Source: a virus
Taxonomy: Duplodnaviria > Caudoviricetes
Length of the DNA stretch: 35,316 nucleotides
Reading direction: 5' to 3' (one strand)
IMG/VR virus record: IMGVR_UViG_3300022178_005428
Span: 1-35,316 of that record
The translations under genes were made by a program, and so were the position numbers. This document shows, one piece after another, positions 26,960 to 35,222 of this stretch (position 1 is the first letter of the stretch; each line of letters opens with the position of its first letter). The notes beneath the pieces were generated by a model, which did no database searches, was not told where the DNA came from, and was given only the letters and a program-made list of their open reading frames with translations.

Positions 26960-28568
26960 TCCCCTATTTGATGGTCCAGGTCCTTGGCCAACGTTTGTGA
27001 AAAGAAAGGATAATGTAAATTTACCCCTATTGGAGCAAAGAAGTAAGTATTTGAAAGAGCAACTCCTATTTGAGAACTCTCTGATTTCATATCAAACTCT
27101 TAACACATTGAGCCCTTCAATAGCATCATCCGTTGCTGCTGCAGGTGGAGGCGGTCCTGCACCTGGTGGAGGAGGTCCTGTTCCCAATCCTAATTTCCCA
27201 TTAGATAATACTTCTATTGTTACCGCAGTAGCTTTATACTTTAGTGATCAAGCCGCTGCCGAAGCTCAATATGGTCTTCTTAATGAGTGGAATACTACGG
27301 GTGTTACTGATATGAACCGATTATTTTCCACTTACTTAAAACCTCAAGCAGAAGGATTTAACGAGGATATCTCAGGTTGGGATGTAAGTAATGTAACGGA
27401 TATGACATACATGTTCTATCAGCAATACGATTTCAATCAGCCTTTAGGTGCATGGGATGTGAGCAGCGTGGAGATTATGACAACGATGTTTTATAATGCT
27501 ACATCGTTTAACCAAGATCTTAGTGGTTGGAATTTAAGCAGTGCAACCAATCTCTCCCAGTTGTTTTTTGGAGCATCTGCTTATAATAATGGGGGGCAAG
27601 CTCTTACGTGGACTATGCCTCCTGTAGATCAAGCTAACCTTTCTTCAATGTTTATCAACGCAAACGCATTTAACCAAGACTGTAGTAGTTGGGTTGTAGG
27701 GGGTAATTGTAGTAACATATTCTATAATGCTAACTCGTTCAATAATGGTGGTCAACCCCTCACTTGGGATACTAGCAATGTAACGAGTATGGAGTCTTTG
27801 TTTAATAATACCTCATTCAACCAAAATATTAGCACTTGGGATGTGAGTAGCGTAACAAACATGAGGACTATGTTCGCCGCTACTAATTTCAATCAAGATA
27901 TTAGTGGTTGGAATGTGAGCAGTGTTACGAGTATGAATCAAATGTTTAGTGGTGCTAGTAGTTTCAATCAAAATATCGGAGGGTGGAATGTTAGTAACGT
28001 TGAGGGAATGTTTGCAATGTTCCAAAATGCAGCAGCCTTTAACCAAGATGTTAGCAGTTGGGATATGGAAGATACCCAAGTTAATAGTATGTTTGAGGGA
28101 GCAACTGCTTTTAACAATGGAGGGCAAGCCCTTAGCTGGAATCTTTCAAAAGCAACCTTGTCAAGTAGTAATCTCACAAAAGTATTTAAAAACGCAACAT
28201 CCTTTAACCAAGATGTTAGCAGTTGGGATGTGGTAAATTATTCTGGATTTGATGAGGCGTTTAACGGAGCTACATCATTCAACCAAGATATTAGTGGATG
28301 GGATGTAAGAAATGCAGGTTTTAGGTCAAATCCATTTTTGCCTAAATTCACCTTCCAAAATATCATTGCAAATTCAGGAATGTCTACTGCTAACTATGAT
28401 GCCCTTCTTATAGGATGGTCAGCTTTAACTTTCGCAAATACCGCAGCCCCCAATATAGAATTAGGTGCTGGGACTATCCAATACAGTGCAGGAGCAGCAG
28501 CCACCGCACGTGGGGTATTAGCAGGTGCTCCTAATAACTTTACAATTACTGACGGAGGTCAAGTATAA
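26952..28568 (+). CDS. DUF285 / BspA-like surface-repeat protein, copy A
   Basis: Many ~25-aa repeats FNQDISGWDVSNVTDM..MF; N-terminal domain and Gly/Pro linker shared with ORF 33036. Confidence 0.9.
   Translation: MFSPLFDGPGPWPTFVKRKDNVNLPLLEQRSKYLKEQLLFENSLISYQTLNTLSPSIASSVAAAGGGGPAPGGGGPVPNPNFPLDNTSIVTAVALYFSDQAAAEAQYGLLNEWNTTGVTDMNRLFSTYLKPQAEGFNEDISGWDVSNVTDMTYMFYQQYDFNQPLGAWDVSSVEIMTTMFYNATSFNQDLSGWNLSSATNLSQLFFGASAYNNGGQALTWTMPPVDQANLSSMFINANAFNQDCSSWVVGGNCSNIFYNANSFNNGGQPLTWDTSNVTSMESLFNNTSFNQNISTWDVSSVTNMRTMFAATNFNQDISGWNVSSVTSMNQMFSGASSFNQNIGGWNVSNVEGMFAMFQNAAAFNQDVSSWDMEDTQVNSMFEGATAFNNGGQALSWNLSKATLSSSNLTKVFKNATSFNQDVSSWDVVNYSGFDEAFNGATSFNQDISGWDVRNAGFRSNPFLPKFTFQNIIANSGMSTANYDALLIGWSALTFANTAAPNIELGAGTIQYSAGAAATARGVLAGAPNNFTITDGGQV
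27355..28310 (+). repeat. imperfect tandem coding repeats (~75 nt) of the DUF285 array
   Basis: Recurrent TTYAAYCAAGATRTTAGYRGTTGGRATGT units; TTTAACCAAGATGTTAGCAGTTGGGAT is identical at 28038 and 28203. Confidence 0.85.
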
Positions 28569-28586
28569 TTAAAAATAAAATAAAAA

Positions 28587-28811
28587 ATGTCACACAATAC
28601 ACACGCACATAAAGATTGCTTTTACTTAGCCCATGATGGGGTAAATACCTTCCACTACGGTGAAATTAAAAAAGATATGGAAATTACAACAGCTCTTCCT
28701 AATCTAGAATGGTTTGATACTAAAGAAGAGATGGAAACGCGATTAGAAGAACTTGGAGGTACTCCTCTTACTGAAGAGGAAATTCAAGCTCGAATAGAAG
28801 AATTAGGGTAA
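28587..28811 (+). CDS. small His-rich partner protein, copy A
   Basis: MSHNTHAHKDC...; 41 of the first 59 residues identical to ORF 32796. Confidence 0.8.
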   Translation: MSHNTHAHKDCFYLAHDGVNTFHYGEIKKDMEITTALPNLEWFDTKEEMETRLEELGGTPLTEEEIQARIEELG

Positions 28812-28830
28812 AAATTATCTTAAAGGTTTA

Positions 28831-28880
28831 TACGAAAGGGGGTGGCTTTGCCACCCTCTTTTCGTATCTTTACGGGGTAA
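28831..28880 (+). terminator. fused terminator hairpin and Bacteroidota-type promoter, copy A of a 49-bp direct repeat
   Basis: TACGAAAGGGGGTGGC-TTT-GCCACCCTCTTTTCGTA stem overlapping GGTG-N20-TATCTTTA; 28832-28880 is identical to 34422-34470. Confidence 0.8.
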
Positions 28881-28907
28881 ATGAGGTGCGAGCCCACAAA
28901 TCCAATT

Positions 28908-29018
28908 ATGATGATCTATCAATTTATCGACATGCCAACACTTGTGTTGACGTGTATTATGACTGCTTATTTAACAGGGGTAGTTATTGTGTTTAACCAA
29001 TGTAAAAATATAAAGTAA
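28908..29018 (+). CDS. small membrane peptide (36 aa)
   Basis: MMIYQFIDMPTLVLTCIMTAYLTGVVIVFNQCKNIK; first ORF after the promoter; TAATG coupling. Confidence 0.5.
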   Translation: MMIYQFIDMPTLVLTCIMTAYLTGVVIVFNQCKNIK

Positions 29019-29362
29019 TGAAAAATTTCACTTCGATTTGTAATAAAGGTTTTGTAATGGCTATTAACGGATATTCAATTTCCGTTCAATACGGTCCTGG
29101 AAATTATGTTGATAGCGATATCAGGTATTCTGATGATAATCCTATGGATCATGCAGTTTGGGAAAGTGATTTAGCGGAGGTTATGGTTACTGATTTATTG
29201 AATAGGTCTCTGTTTGATAAAGGGGATGATTACTTAGATGACGCTGTTTTAGGACATTGTACTTCAGAGACTGTTGCTCGAATCATTAGTACTTTAGTTC
29301 ATTCCCCAGAAGGGGAGGATGTTCGACCTGCTATTGTACAAATTGTTGAGGCTTCGCATTAA
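29018..29362 (+). CDS. hypothetical protein
   Basis: NGYSISVQYGPGNY...AEV motif; no function recognised. Confidence 0.7.
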   Translation: MKNFTSICNKGFVMAINGYSISVQYGPGNYVDSDIRYSDDNPMDHAVWESDLAEVMVTDLLNRSLFDKGDDYLDDAVLGHCTSETVARIISTLVHSPEGEDVRPAIVQIVEASH

Positions 29363-29365
29363 ATT

Positions 29366-29415
29366 TGTGGAGATTCATCTCTTCGTTCGTATATTTATGG
29401 GGTCCGGTTGCGGGC
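29366..29415 (+). promoter_or_regulatory. Bacteroidota-type promoter with conserved leader
   Basis: TGTG, 20-nt spacer, TATATTTA (29390-29397), then GTCCGGTTGCGGGC. Confidence 0.75.
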
Positions 29416-29442
29416 GTATTGTTTAATTAAAACCTAGTTAAG

Positions 29443-29829
29443 ATGTTTACAGAAAAAATCAATGAGGCGCAAGAGTTGTTAAAGCATAACGAATGGATTG
29501 ATAAAGTTGAAATTCGTTTCGATATTAAAGGAAGTCAATATGGACATGTTTTTACAGCATTTACTATGGTAATTCAACACAATAAATATAATGATAGTGG
29601 GTTTGATTATCACCTAACAGAAACTGGAATGTTTGGGAGATTTATGGGTAGTGTTGAGTTAATGAAAAACGGGACTGGGTTTTACGTTATTAAAGCATTT
29701 TTTGGAAAGATAGTTAAGCAAAAGATTAAGTTTGAGCACCTTGAATTCAAGAAAAAGGTTAGTGTTGCTAAGATTCTTGAGAAACAAGAGCCTATTAGTG
29801 AAAAAGAAACCGAAAATATGCCCTTCTAA
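29443..29829 (+). CDS. hypothetical protein
   Basis: 128 aa ORF after the promoter. Confidence 0.7.
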   Translation: MFTEKINEAQELLKHNEWIDKVEIRFDIKGSQYGHVFTAFTMVIQHNKYNDSGFDYHLTETGMFGRFMGSVELMKNGTGFYVIKAFFGKIVKQKIKFEHLEFKKKVSVAKILEKQEPISEKETENMPF

Positions 29830-30035
29830 TGGAAAATTTAATGAAAAGGCTGGTTTACTCGTTAGAAATGCACGAGGTTATAGAAATGTCACGAGAATTA
29901 CGTGAACTATCCGAAATGTCACCAACTGAACGTGAAATCTATGCAATGTATAACCCAGATGCCGAGATTATTTCAGTTTGTGATAGCGAGTCATTAATTT
30001 CATCGAGAGAAGAAATTCTAATGTTTATGAATTAA
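29829..30035 (+). CDS. hypothetical protein
   Basis: 68 aa ORF with TAATG coupling. Confidence 0.6.
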   Translation: MENLMKRLVYSLEMHEVIEMSRELRELSEMSPTEREIYAMYNPDAEIISVCDSESLISSREEILMFMN

Positions 30036-30037
30036 TA

Positions 30038-30087
30038 TTTGGAGAAGCAAGATTTTGTTCGTATATTCACGGAGTCCGGTTGCGGGC
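30038..30087 (+). promoter_or_regulatory. Bacteroidota-type promoter with conserved leader
   Basis: TTTG, 20-nt spacer, TATATTCA (30062-30069), then GTCCGGTTGCGGGC identical to 29402-29415. Confidence 0.75.
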
Positions 30088-30103
30088 ACTTAAAGACACA
30101 GAG

Positions 30104-30583
30104 ATGAACGTTTTATATTTACATGGCTTAGAAAGCAAACCCACAGGTCCCAAAATGCAGTATTTGAAGGATCGTTTTGATGGTTATTATGCTCCTGAAA
30201 TCGATTATGAAGATCCTGATTCATTTGAGGAGATTGTTGACTTGTGTATTGCTGAGGAGTATGACATGATTATTGGTTCTTCTATGGGAGGTTATTTTGC
30301 CGGTGCCATAGGAACTGCACTTGACATTCCAATTATTGTTTTTAACCCAGCTTTCCATTCTCGCACATTTGAACCATACGGTGTTACAACGGGTTCAAAT
30401 CCCATGAACGGGGTGGTGGTGTTAGGTATGGATGATGACGTTATTGACCCTATAAAAACGTTTAAAATGGTGGAAAGATGCGAGTCATTGGCCGTTATGC
30501 CAATTGAAGGTATGGGTCACCGCACTTCATTTGATGTTTTTGTAAAAGCAATTGAAACAATTATTCCAGAAGATATTGGTTAA
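30104..30583 (+). CDS. YqiA/UPF0227-like alpha/beta hydrolase (esterase); likely start is the ATG at 30104
   Basis: LYLHG oxyanion motif, GSSMGG nucleophile elbow, NPA, DD.I and GMGH triad residues. Confidence 0.88.
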   Translation: MNVLYLHGLESKPTGPKMQYLKDRFDGYYAPEIDYEDPDSFEEIVDLCIAEEYDMIIGSSMGGYFAGAIGTALDIPIIVFNPAFHSRTFEPYGVTTGSNPMNGVVVLGMDDDVIDPIKTFKMVERCESLAVMPIEGMGHRTSFDVFVKAIETIIPEDIG

Positions 30584-30594
30584 TATTTATCTAC

Positions 30595-31158
30595 ATGATT
30601 AAATTGGTAGATATATTATTAGAAGAATATCCCAAGGGGGAATATATTTCTTTAGATGGTAAAGAGAAGGAAGAAGCACAACAAGTTTTATTTGATTTAA
30701 TAAATAATGCTTATTCTTCAATTGGAGGTCACTTAAAAATAAAATCTCCTTCTGATATCTTAACTCCTGAACTAGGATTTTGGAGAGCGGCTGATATAGA
30801 TGAAGATCCTGAATTAGATGTTGTTTATTTTGGTAAAATTACACCAAGAGGAGTAAAACATACTGGAATAGGACACGATGGTGATAGAAGTAATATTAAA
30901 AATCTATTGATTAGAAAATCAAAGGAACTAAATGAACCTGGTAACTACGTTGAGATAAGTGGTGCTGCTTTTGATTCATTTGTTGGAAGAGCAGGTGTGC
31001 CTGTAATCAATGATGAGGAGAAAGTACGTGCGATTCTTAAGGGAAAAGACTTGGAATGGCACGGTGAACACCCTGAGGGTAAGCAAGAAGGTGATGGTTG
31101 GTACACTAGAAAAATTGGTGGTAAAGCTGTCACAAAAACCTTAGCAGGGAATGTATAA
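30595..31158 (+). CDS. hypothetical protein with MIKLVDILLE leader (possible internal head protein)
   Basis: ATATTTAT 4 nt upstream; N-terminal leader ends in L-L-E. Confidence 0.65.
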   Translation: MIKLVDILLEEYPKGEYISLDGKEKEEAQQVLFDLINNAYSSIGGHLKIKSPSDILTPELGFWRAADIDEDPELDVVYFGKITPRGVKHTGIGHDGDRSNIKNLLIRKSKELNEPGNYVEISGAAFDSFVGRAGVPVINDEEKVRAILKGKDLEWHGEHPEGKQEGDGWYTRKIGGKAVTKTLAGNV

Positions 31159-31190
31159 TTCATATATTTATCAATAAAATTATCAATAAA

Positions 31191-31505
31191 ATGGACAATT
31201 TCGATTTAAAAAAATATTTAGCTGAAGGAAGGCTATTTGAAGAAGTAATCAACGAAGGTATTAAAAGTGCCGCTAAGGAATTTGTAGATTTTCATGTGGA
31301 TGGGAATGACAACGAAGGTGTACAACAAGTAACATTTGATGAAAAAGAATATCTTGAGCCAGGAGAATATCGTAAGGGTACTGTAAAACATTTTAAAGAG
31401 TTACAAAATTATCTTAAAAAAAATAAAAAATATGAATATACATCTCCAGGTGGTGTAAAGTTTGTATTTACACTAAGTGGGAAAAATATTAAACTTAAAG
31501 GGTAA
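31191..31505 (+). CDS. hypothetical protein with MDNFDLKKYLAE leader (possible internal head protein)
   Basis: 44 nt (31185-31228) identical to 19054-19097. Confidence 0.7.
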   Translation: MDNFDLKKYLAEGRLFEEVINEGIKSAAKEFVDFHVDGNDNEGVQQVTFDEKEYLEPGEYRKGTVKHFKELQNYLKKNKKYEYTSPGGVKFVFTLSGKNIKLKG

Positions 31506-31509
31506 CAAA

Positions 31510-32193
31510 ATGAAAGAATTAAATACATTTAGACAATTTATAAATGAGGGTAAGCTTGATGATATTAGACTTCAAATTTATAAGGGAATGGACTTAATTG
31601 ATAGTGCTTTAGGAAAAGCTAAAGGCATTATCCCCCAAGAGGATTGGGATTCACTTTATGCTCTTGTAAGTAAAATAGAATCTAAAGCAGAGCGTATAAA
31701 AGACGTTAAAGAAAAGGTAAATGAGTCATTTGACAACGATATGGAATCTCGTTACAACTACATTAGACCATTAATGGTTGATCTTGATGATTCAGCTCGT
31801 ACTGAAGCTATGATTGATGGGATGGAAGATGCTATGATGGAGGATGATAAAGAAGCATTTGATTTCTACTTTGTAGAAACTATGAAAATGTTAGGCTTAG
31901 AACAAGAGCTAATGGACGACGTAATGTCTGAGCCTGATTTTGAGGATATTGCTCCTGATTCAGCATTAGGTCCAAATCCTTCATTTGTTGAGGGGAATGA
32001 TGATGTATTAGACGAAATCCTTAAGGAGGAGAAGTTTGAAGTTGGTGATAAAGTAAAAATGAAAGCAGGGGGAGAGGAAATGGAAATTACTAAAGCACGA
32101 AGATTGTTTGGATCCAATACTCAGGGTTATACTGTTAAAAAAGCAGATGGTAAGACAGCTGAATATTCTGCTAACCAACTTAAAAAAGCATAA
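31510..32193 (+). CDS. acidic protein with MKELNTFRQFINE leader and a C-terminal YodC/DUF2158-like SH3 domain; likely start is the ATG at 31510
   Basis: FEVGDKVKMKAGGEEMEI resembles the F..GD.V.LKSGGP.MTV pattern. Confidence 0.65.
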   Translation: MKELNTFRQFINEGKLDDIRLQIYKGMDLIDSALGKAKGIIPQEDWDSLYALVSKIESKAERIKDVKEKVNESFDNDMESRYNYIRPLMVDLDDSARTEAMIDGMEDAMMEDDKEAFDFYFVETMKMLGLEQELMDDVMSEPDFEDIAPDSALGPNPSFVEGNDDVLDEILKEEKFEVGDKVKMKAGGEEMEITKARRLFGSNTQGYTVKKADGKTAEYSANQLKKA

Positions 32194-32777
32194 TGAACGA
32201 ATTTATAGGTAAGTGGAGAAAATTCATGGTTGAGGACTTATATAGTCCTAACGAAATGTCTGCTATGTCTATTGACAAAGAATCAAGCTCGGGAGCATTC
32301 GAAGAAAGCATCCCAGATGTCAATACTGATTTTTCAGTAGACACAGATTTCTCAGGAGACCTCAGTGAAGAAGAGGGTGGAGTCAACATGGGAGAATTAG
32401 CAGGTAAATTAGAAAATCAATTAGGTGTAAAAGTAATACCTGCTGACTATGATGATAGTGTTGTAGTAATTTACCCTGATAAGCAACCTGGAGATGATCT
32501 TTACAATGATAGAACCGCTCAAAAGATTGGGTTAGTTTTTGAAGATGGAGTACTTAGACTTAGGAGCATATTTGGTTATGAAAGGGGATTTGATAAATTA
32601 CCTTTCCCTGCAGGGAGAAGTGGTTTAGCAGGATTTGCTACTCATATGCCTCCATCAGATCGTCGCCCTAATGTAGGTTTAGATGACATACAAATGTTGA
32701 TTGATCAATTAACTGGTGGGTTAGAACGTGAAGCAAAAGCTCAAGGGGATTTCTATAAAGATAGACAACCCGATTAA
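32193..32777 (+). CDS. acidic hypothetical protein with MNEFIGKWRKFMVE leader
   Basis: TAATG coupling; leader ends in M-V-E. Confidence 0.65.
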   Translation: MNEFIGKWRKFMVEDLYSPNEMSAMSIDKESSSGAFEESIPDVNTDFSVDTDFSGDLSEEEGGVNMGELAGKLENQLGVKVIPADYDDSVVVIYPDKQPGDDLYNDRTAQKIGLVFEDGVLRLRSIFGYERGFDKLPFPAGRSGLAGFATHMPPSDRRPNVGLDDIQMLIDQLTGGLEREAKAQGDFYKDRQPD

Positions 32778-32795
32778 AATAAATTAAAATAAAAA

Positions 32796-33023
32796 ATGTC
32801 ACACAACACACACGCACATAAGGATTGTTATTTCCTGGCTCACAATGGAGTAGATGTATTCCATTATGGGGAAATTGAAAATGAGGTTACAATCTCAACT
32901 GGTCAACCTAACCTAGAATGGTTAGATACTAAAGAAGAATTACAAGCCCGAGTTGAAGAACTTGGTGGAACCTTTGATTGGCCTGAACTAGAAGAATTAC
33001 AAACCCCGCCGGAGGGAGTATAA
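32796..33023 (+). CDS. small His-rich partner protein, copy B
   Basis: Paralogue of ORF 28587. Confidence 0.8.
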   Translation: MSHNTHAHKDCYFLAHNGVDVFHYGEIENEVTISTGQPNLEWLDTKEELQARVEELGGTFDWPELEELQTPPEGV

Positions 33024-33035
33024 AAATTAAAAAAT

Positions 33036-34391
33036 ATGTGGAAACCAATATACCAACCTGAACCATGGCCTCAATTCGTTAAGAGGAAAGACATCATCGC
33101 TCTCCCTTTAATGGAGCAGAGGAAGAAATTTATGCAGGAAACTATACTCTTTGAGAACTATCTGAGTACCCTAAACACCGTTAATACTGTAAACTCTTCT
33201 GTAGCATCATCTGCTGCTGCAGGTGGGGGAGGACCTCTACCAGGTGGAGGAGGGACACCACCGGGTCCATCTGCTCCTTATGTAACTATTAATACACTTA
33301 TATCACCCCCCAACGATGAGTGGAATGGGAATGCTAAAACTACTAATGAAGTATGGATGTACACCAACACCCCAGGTCAATATTGGGCCAACTTTTCAAG
33401 CCCTACTCTCCCTGTGACAGTTGATTGGGGTGATGGCAATGTGGAAGATGTAACAACATATACTGAAACGGTAACAATGGCATATGGATTTAATAGTCTT
33501 ATTCTGAAACATGTCTATGCTTCTGATGGGGAGTATAATATAGCTTTCTCAGGAGAGAATAAATACCAAGCCAAATTAGCATGGCTTCCACTTACTGATA
33601 TAAGTAACTGGGATCCTCAATTGGCAATTGCTTCCGATTCGGACGCATTAATAGGAATGTTTATGAATTCTTCATTTTCTGATGAAGTACTAACCCAACT
33701 AGAAAGCTGGAATACATCAGGAGCTACTTCTTTAAAGTGGTTATTTCAAAACTCCAACCCTTTATCAGATCCCTCACTTACTTTCTTTTCTTCAAGTTTT
33801 AATCCTGATATTAGTTCTTGGGATGTAAGTTCCGTAATATCCTTAGATAGGATGTTGATGGCTCAACCTAATTTTAGTCAAGATTTAAGTTCTTGGGATA
33901 CTTCTAATGTAAATTATTTTTGGCAAGCCTTCTTGGGATGTTCTAATCTAATAAGTGGTTCTAGGGCTGATTTATGGGATGTATCAGGTGCTAATTTCTC
34001 CAATTCTTTTCAACAAATATTTAGGAATTCTATGACTACGGTAGAAGCAAGAGGAACTATGCCCCACATAGGGGGATGGAATATGGCGGGTTTAATAGGA
34101 GTAAACCCCTCAAGTTTATTCGCAAATACTTTTAATGGAAGTGGTTTTTCTCACACCGCTATTGGAGAAACTCTTATAGGATGGGCAGCACAAGGGGCAG
34201 CTTTACCTGATAATGTAGGAATGGGATCTACCCCATTTGCGAGTACTTGGGATGGAGTAGGATTTAGTGATCCAACGTTTGATACAGGTACTACTTTTGG
34301 GGCCAATGTGCAGACCGCTTATAATACATTAACAACTTCTGTAGGGTCCGGAGGTAAAGGATGGACCATCCCAGGTATCACATTTACTTGA
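33036..34391 (+). CDS. DUF285 / BspA-like surface-repeat protein with a PKD-like domain, copy B
   Basis: Shared N-terminal domain and AAAGGGGP linker; VTVDWGDG...HVY...GEY PKD-like motif; FNPDISSWDVSSV repeats. Confidence 0.85.
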   Translation: MWKPIYQPEPWPQFVKRKDIIALPLMEQRKKFMQETILFENYLSTLNTVNTVNSSVASSAAAGGGGPLPGGGGTPPGPSAPYVTINTLISPPNDEWNGNAKTTNEVWMYTNTPGQYWANFSSPTLPVTVDWGDGNVEDVTTYTETVTMAYGFNSLILKHVYASDGEYNIAFSGENKYQAKLAWLPLTDISNWDPQLAIASDSDALIGMFMNSSFSDEVLTQLESWNTSGATSLKWLFQNSNPLSDPSLTFFSSSFNPDISSWDVSSVISLDRMLMAQPNFSQDLSSWDTSNVNYFWQAFLGCSNLISGSRADLWDVSGANFSNSFQQIFRNSMTTVEARGTMPHIGGWNMAGLIGVNPSSLFANTFNGSGFSHTAIGETLIGWAAQGAALPDNVGMGSTPFASTWDGVGFSDPTFDTGTTFGANVQTAYNTLTTSVGSGGKGWTIPGITFT

Positions 34392-34421
34392 TAACTGAAT
34401 AATGGGTTGTTCACAACAATC

Positions 34422-34484
34422 ACGAAAGGGGGTGGCTTTGCCACCCTCTTTTCGTATCTTTACGGGGTAAGGTTGCGGTGGCAG
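34422..34484 (+). terminator. fused terminator hairpin and Bacteroidota-type promoter, copy B of the 49-bp direct repeat
   Basis: 34422-34470 identical to 28832-28880, followed by the GGTTGCG leader. Confidence 0.8.
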
Positions 34485-34511
34485 CCAGTCATAACCCAAA
34501 ACCCAATCAAC

Positions 34512-34703
34512 ATGATTAAGTTTAAAAAGAATGAGATGTTTAGTTTTAATGGTGGCACTTATGTGATTAAAACACTTGCTTATAAGTTACTTGAAACAAG
34601 AGCTGCTCAACGAACGTTTGATAAAGCTAATTCGATTACCCATCCAACCAAAGGTGAGATGGTGTTAGTTCCCAATAATGTTAAATTTGAAATTACAAAA
34701 TAA
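34512..34703 (+). CDS. small hypothetical protein; likely start is the ATG at 34512
   Basis: First ATG downstream of the promoter (MIKFKKNE...). Confidence 0.6.
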   Translation: MIKFKKNEMFSFNGGTYVIKTLAYKLLETRAAQRTFDKANSITHPTKGEMVLVPNNVKFEITK

Positions 34704-34882
34704 TGAAACGATTAATTAATAACCTAATTGCGATTGTTGGAGGTTGTACCCTCATTTATGGAGTTAATGATTATTTAATTCCCTTCAACACTGAAGAAAG
34801 TGCAATGGCTTTTACAGTAATGGCTTTAGGAACTGTAGTAGTAGGGATGTATGGAATTATTAGTCAATTAGTTAGTAAATAA
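34703..34882 (+). CDS. small membrane protein (59 aa, two hydrophobic helices)
   Basis: MKRLINNLIAIVGGCTLIYGVNDYLIPFNTEESAMAFTVMALGTVVVGMYGIISQLVSK; TAATG overlaps on both sides. Confidence 0.6.
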   Translation: MKRLINNLIAIVGGCTLIYGVNDYLIPFNTEESAMAFTVMALGTVVVGMYGIISQLVSK

Positions 34883-35139
34883 TGGCAGAGTTTAAAGTTA
34901 TTGATAAGGGTAGATCCCCTATCCATCCAGATCAGGAAGGTGAATTTTACTTTGAAATTGGGGAAACGGTTTATTATTTAAATGAATTTGTAGCACCACT
35001 TAGAAGGTTTAAACACTACAATGCTGAAGGTGAATTCGGAGAAGGATATGGGGGTGTTACTAGCATTTCAAATGTTGGATGCATAGGAATCAACATTGAT
35101 GAAGTCGATGAATATGTCAACTATGCAATCTTCACATAA
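34882..35139 (+). CDS. hypothetical protein
   Basis: 85 aa ORF. Confidence 0.65.
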   Translation: MAEFKVIDKGRSPIHPDQEGEFYFEIGETVYYLNEFVAPLRRFKHYNAEGEFGEGYGGVTSISNVGCIGINIDEVDEYVNYAIFT

Positions 35140-35222
35140 TGGGTAACTTTACAATATTCATGATAAGTGTAATTGCCAGTATGGGATTTATGAGTTTAAT
35201 TGCAAATAAAATAGACAAATGA
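35139..35222 (+). CDS. small hydrophobic peptide (27 aa)
   Basis: MGNFTIFMISVIASMGFMSLIANKIDK; TAATG and ATGA overlaps. Confidence 0.4.
   Translation: MGNFTIFMISVIASMGFMSLIANKIDK

Noticed and set aside
9722-28236. Nested + strand alternative-frame ORFs 9722-9922, 25350-25598 and 27949-28236
   Set aside because: They lie fully inside confidently assigned genes, have no motifs, and are expected by chance or from repeat periodicity.
27355-28310. Regular repeats as a possible CRISPR array or DGR template/variable region
   Set aside because: They are in-frame, degenerate coding repeats of DUF285. There are no unique spacers, no adenine-specific TR/VR pair and no reverse transcriptase in the window.
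31168-31191. Tandem TTATCAATAAAA duplication upstream of ORF 31191
   Set aside because: A two-copy 12-mer in very AT-rich sequence; probably slippage, with no evidence of function.
34407-34511. N-terminal extension of track ORF 34407-34703
   Set aside because: It runs through the terminator-promoter hairpin; the ATG at 34512 downstream of the promoter is more plausible.
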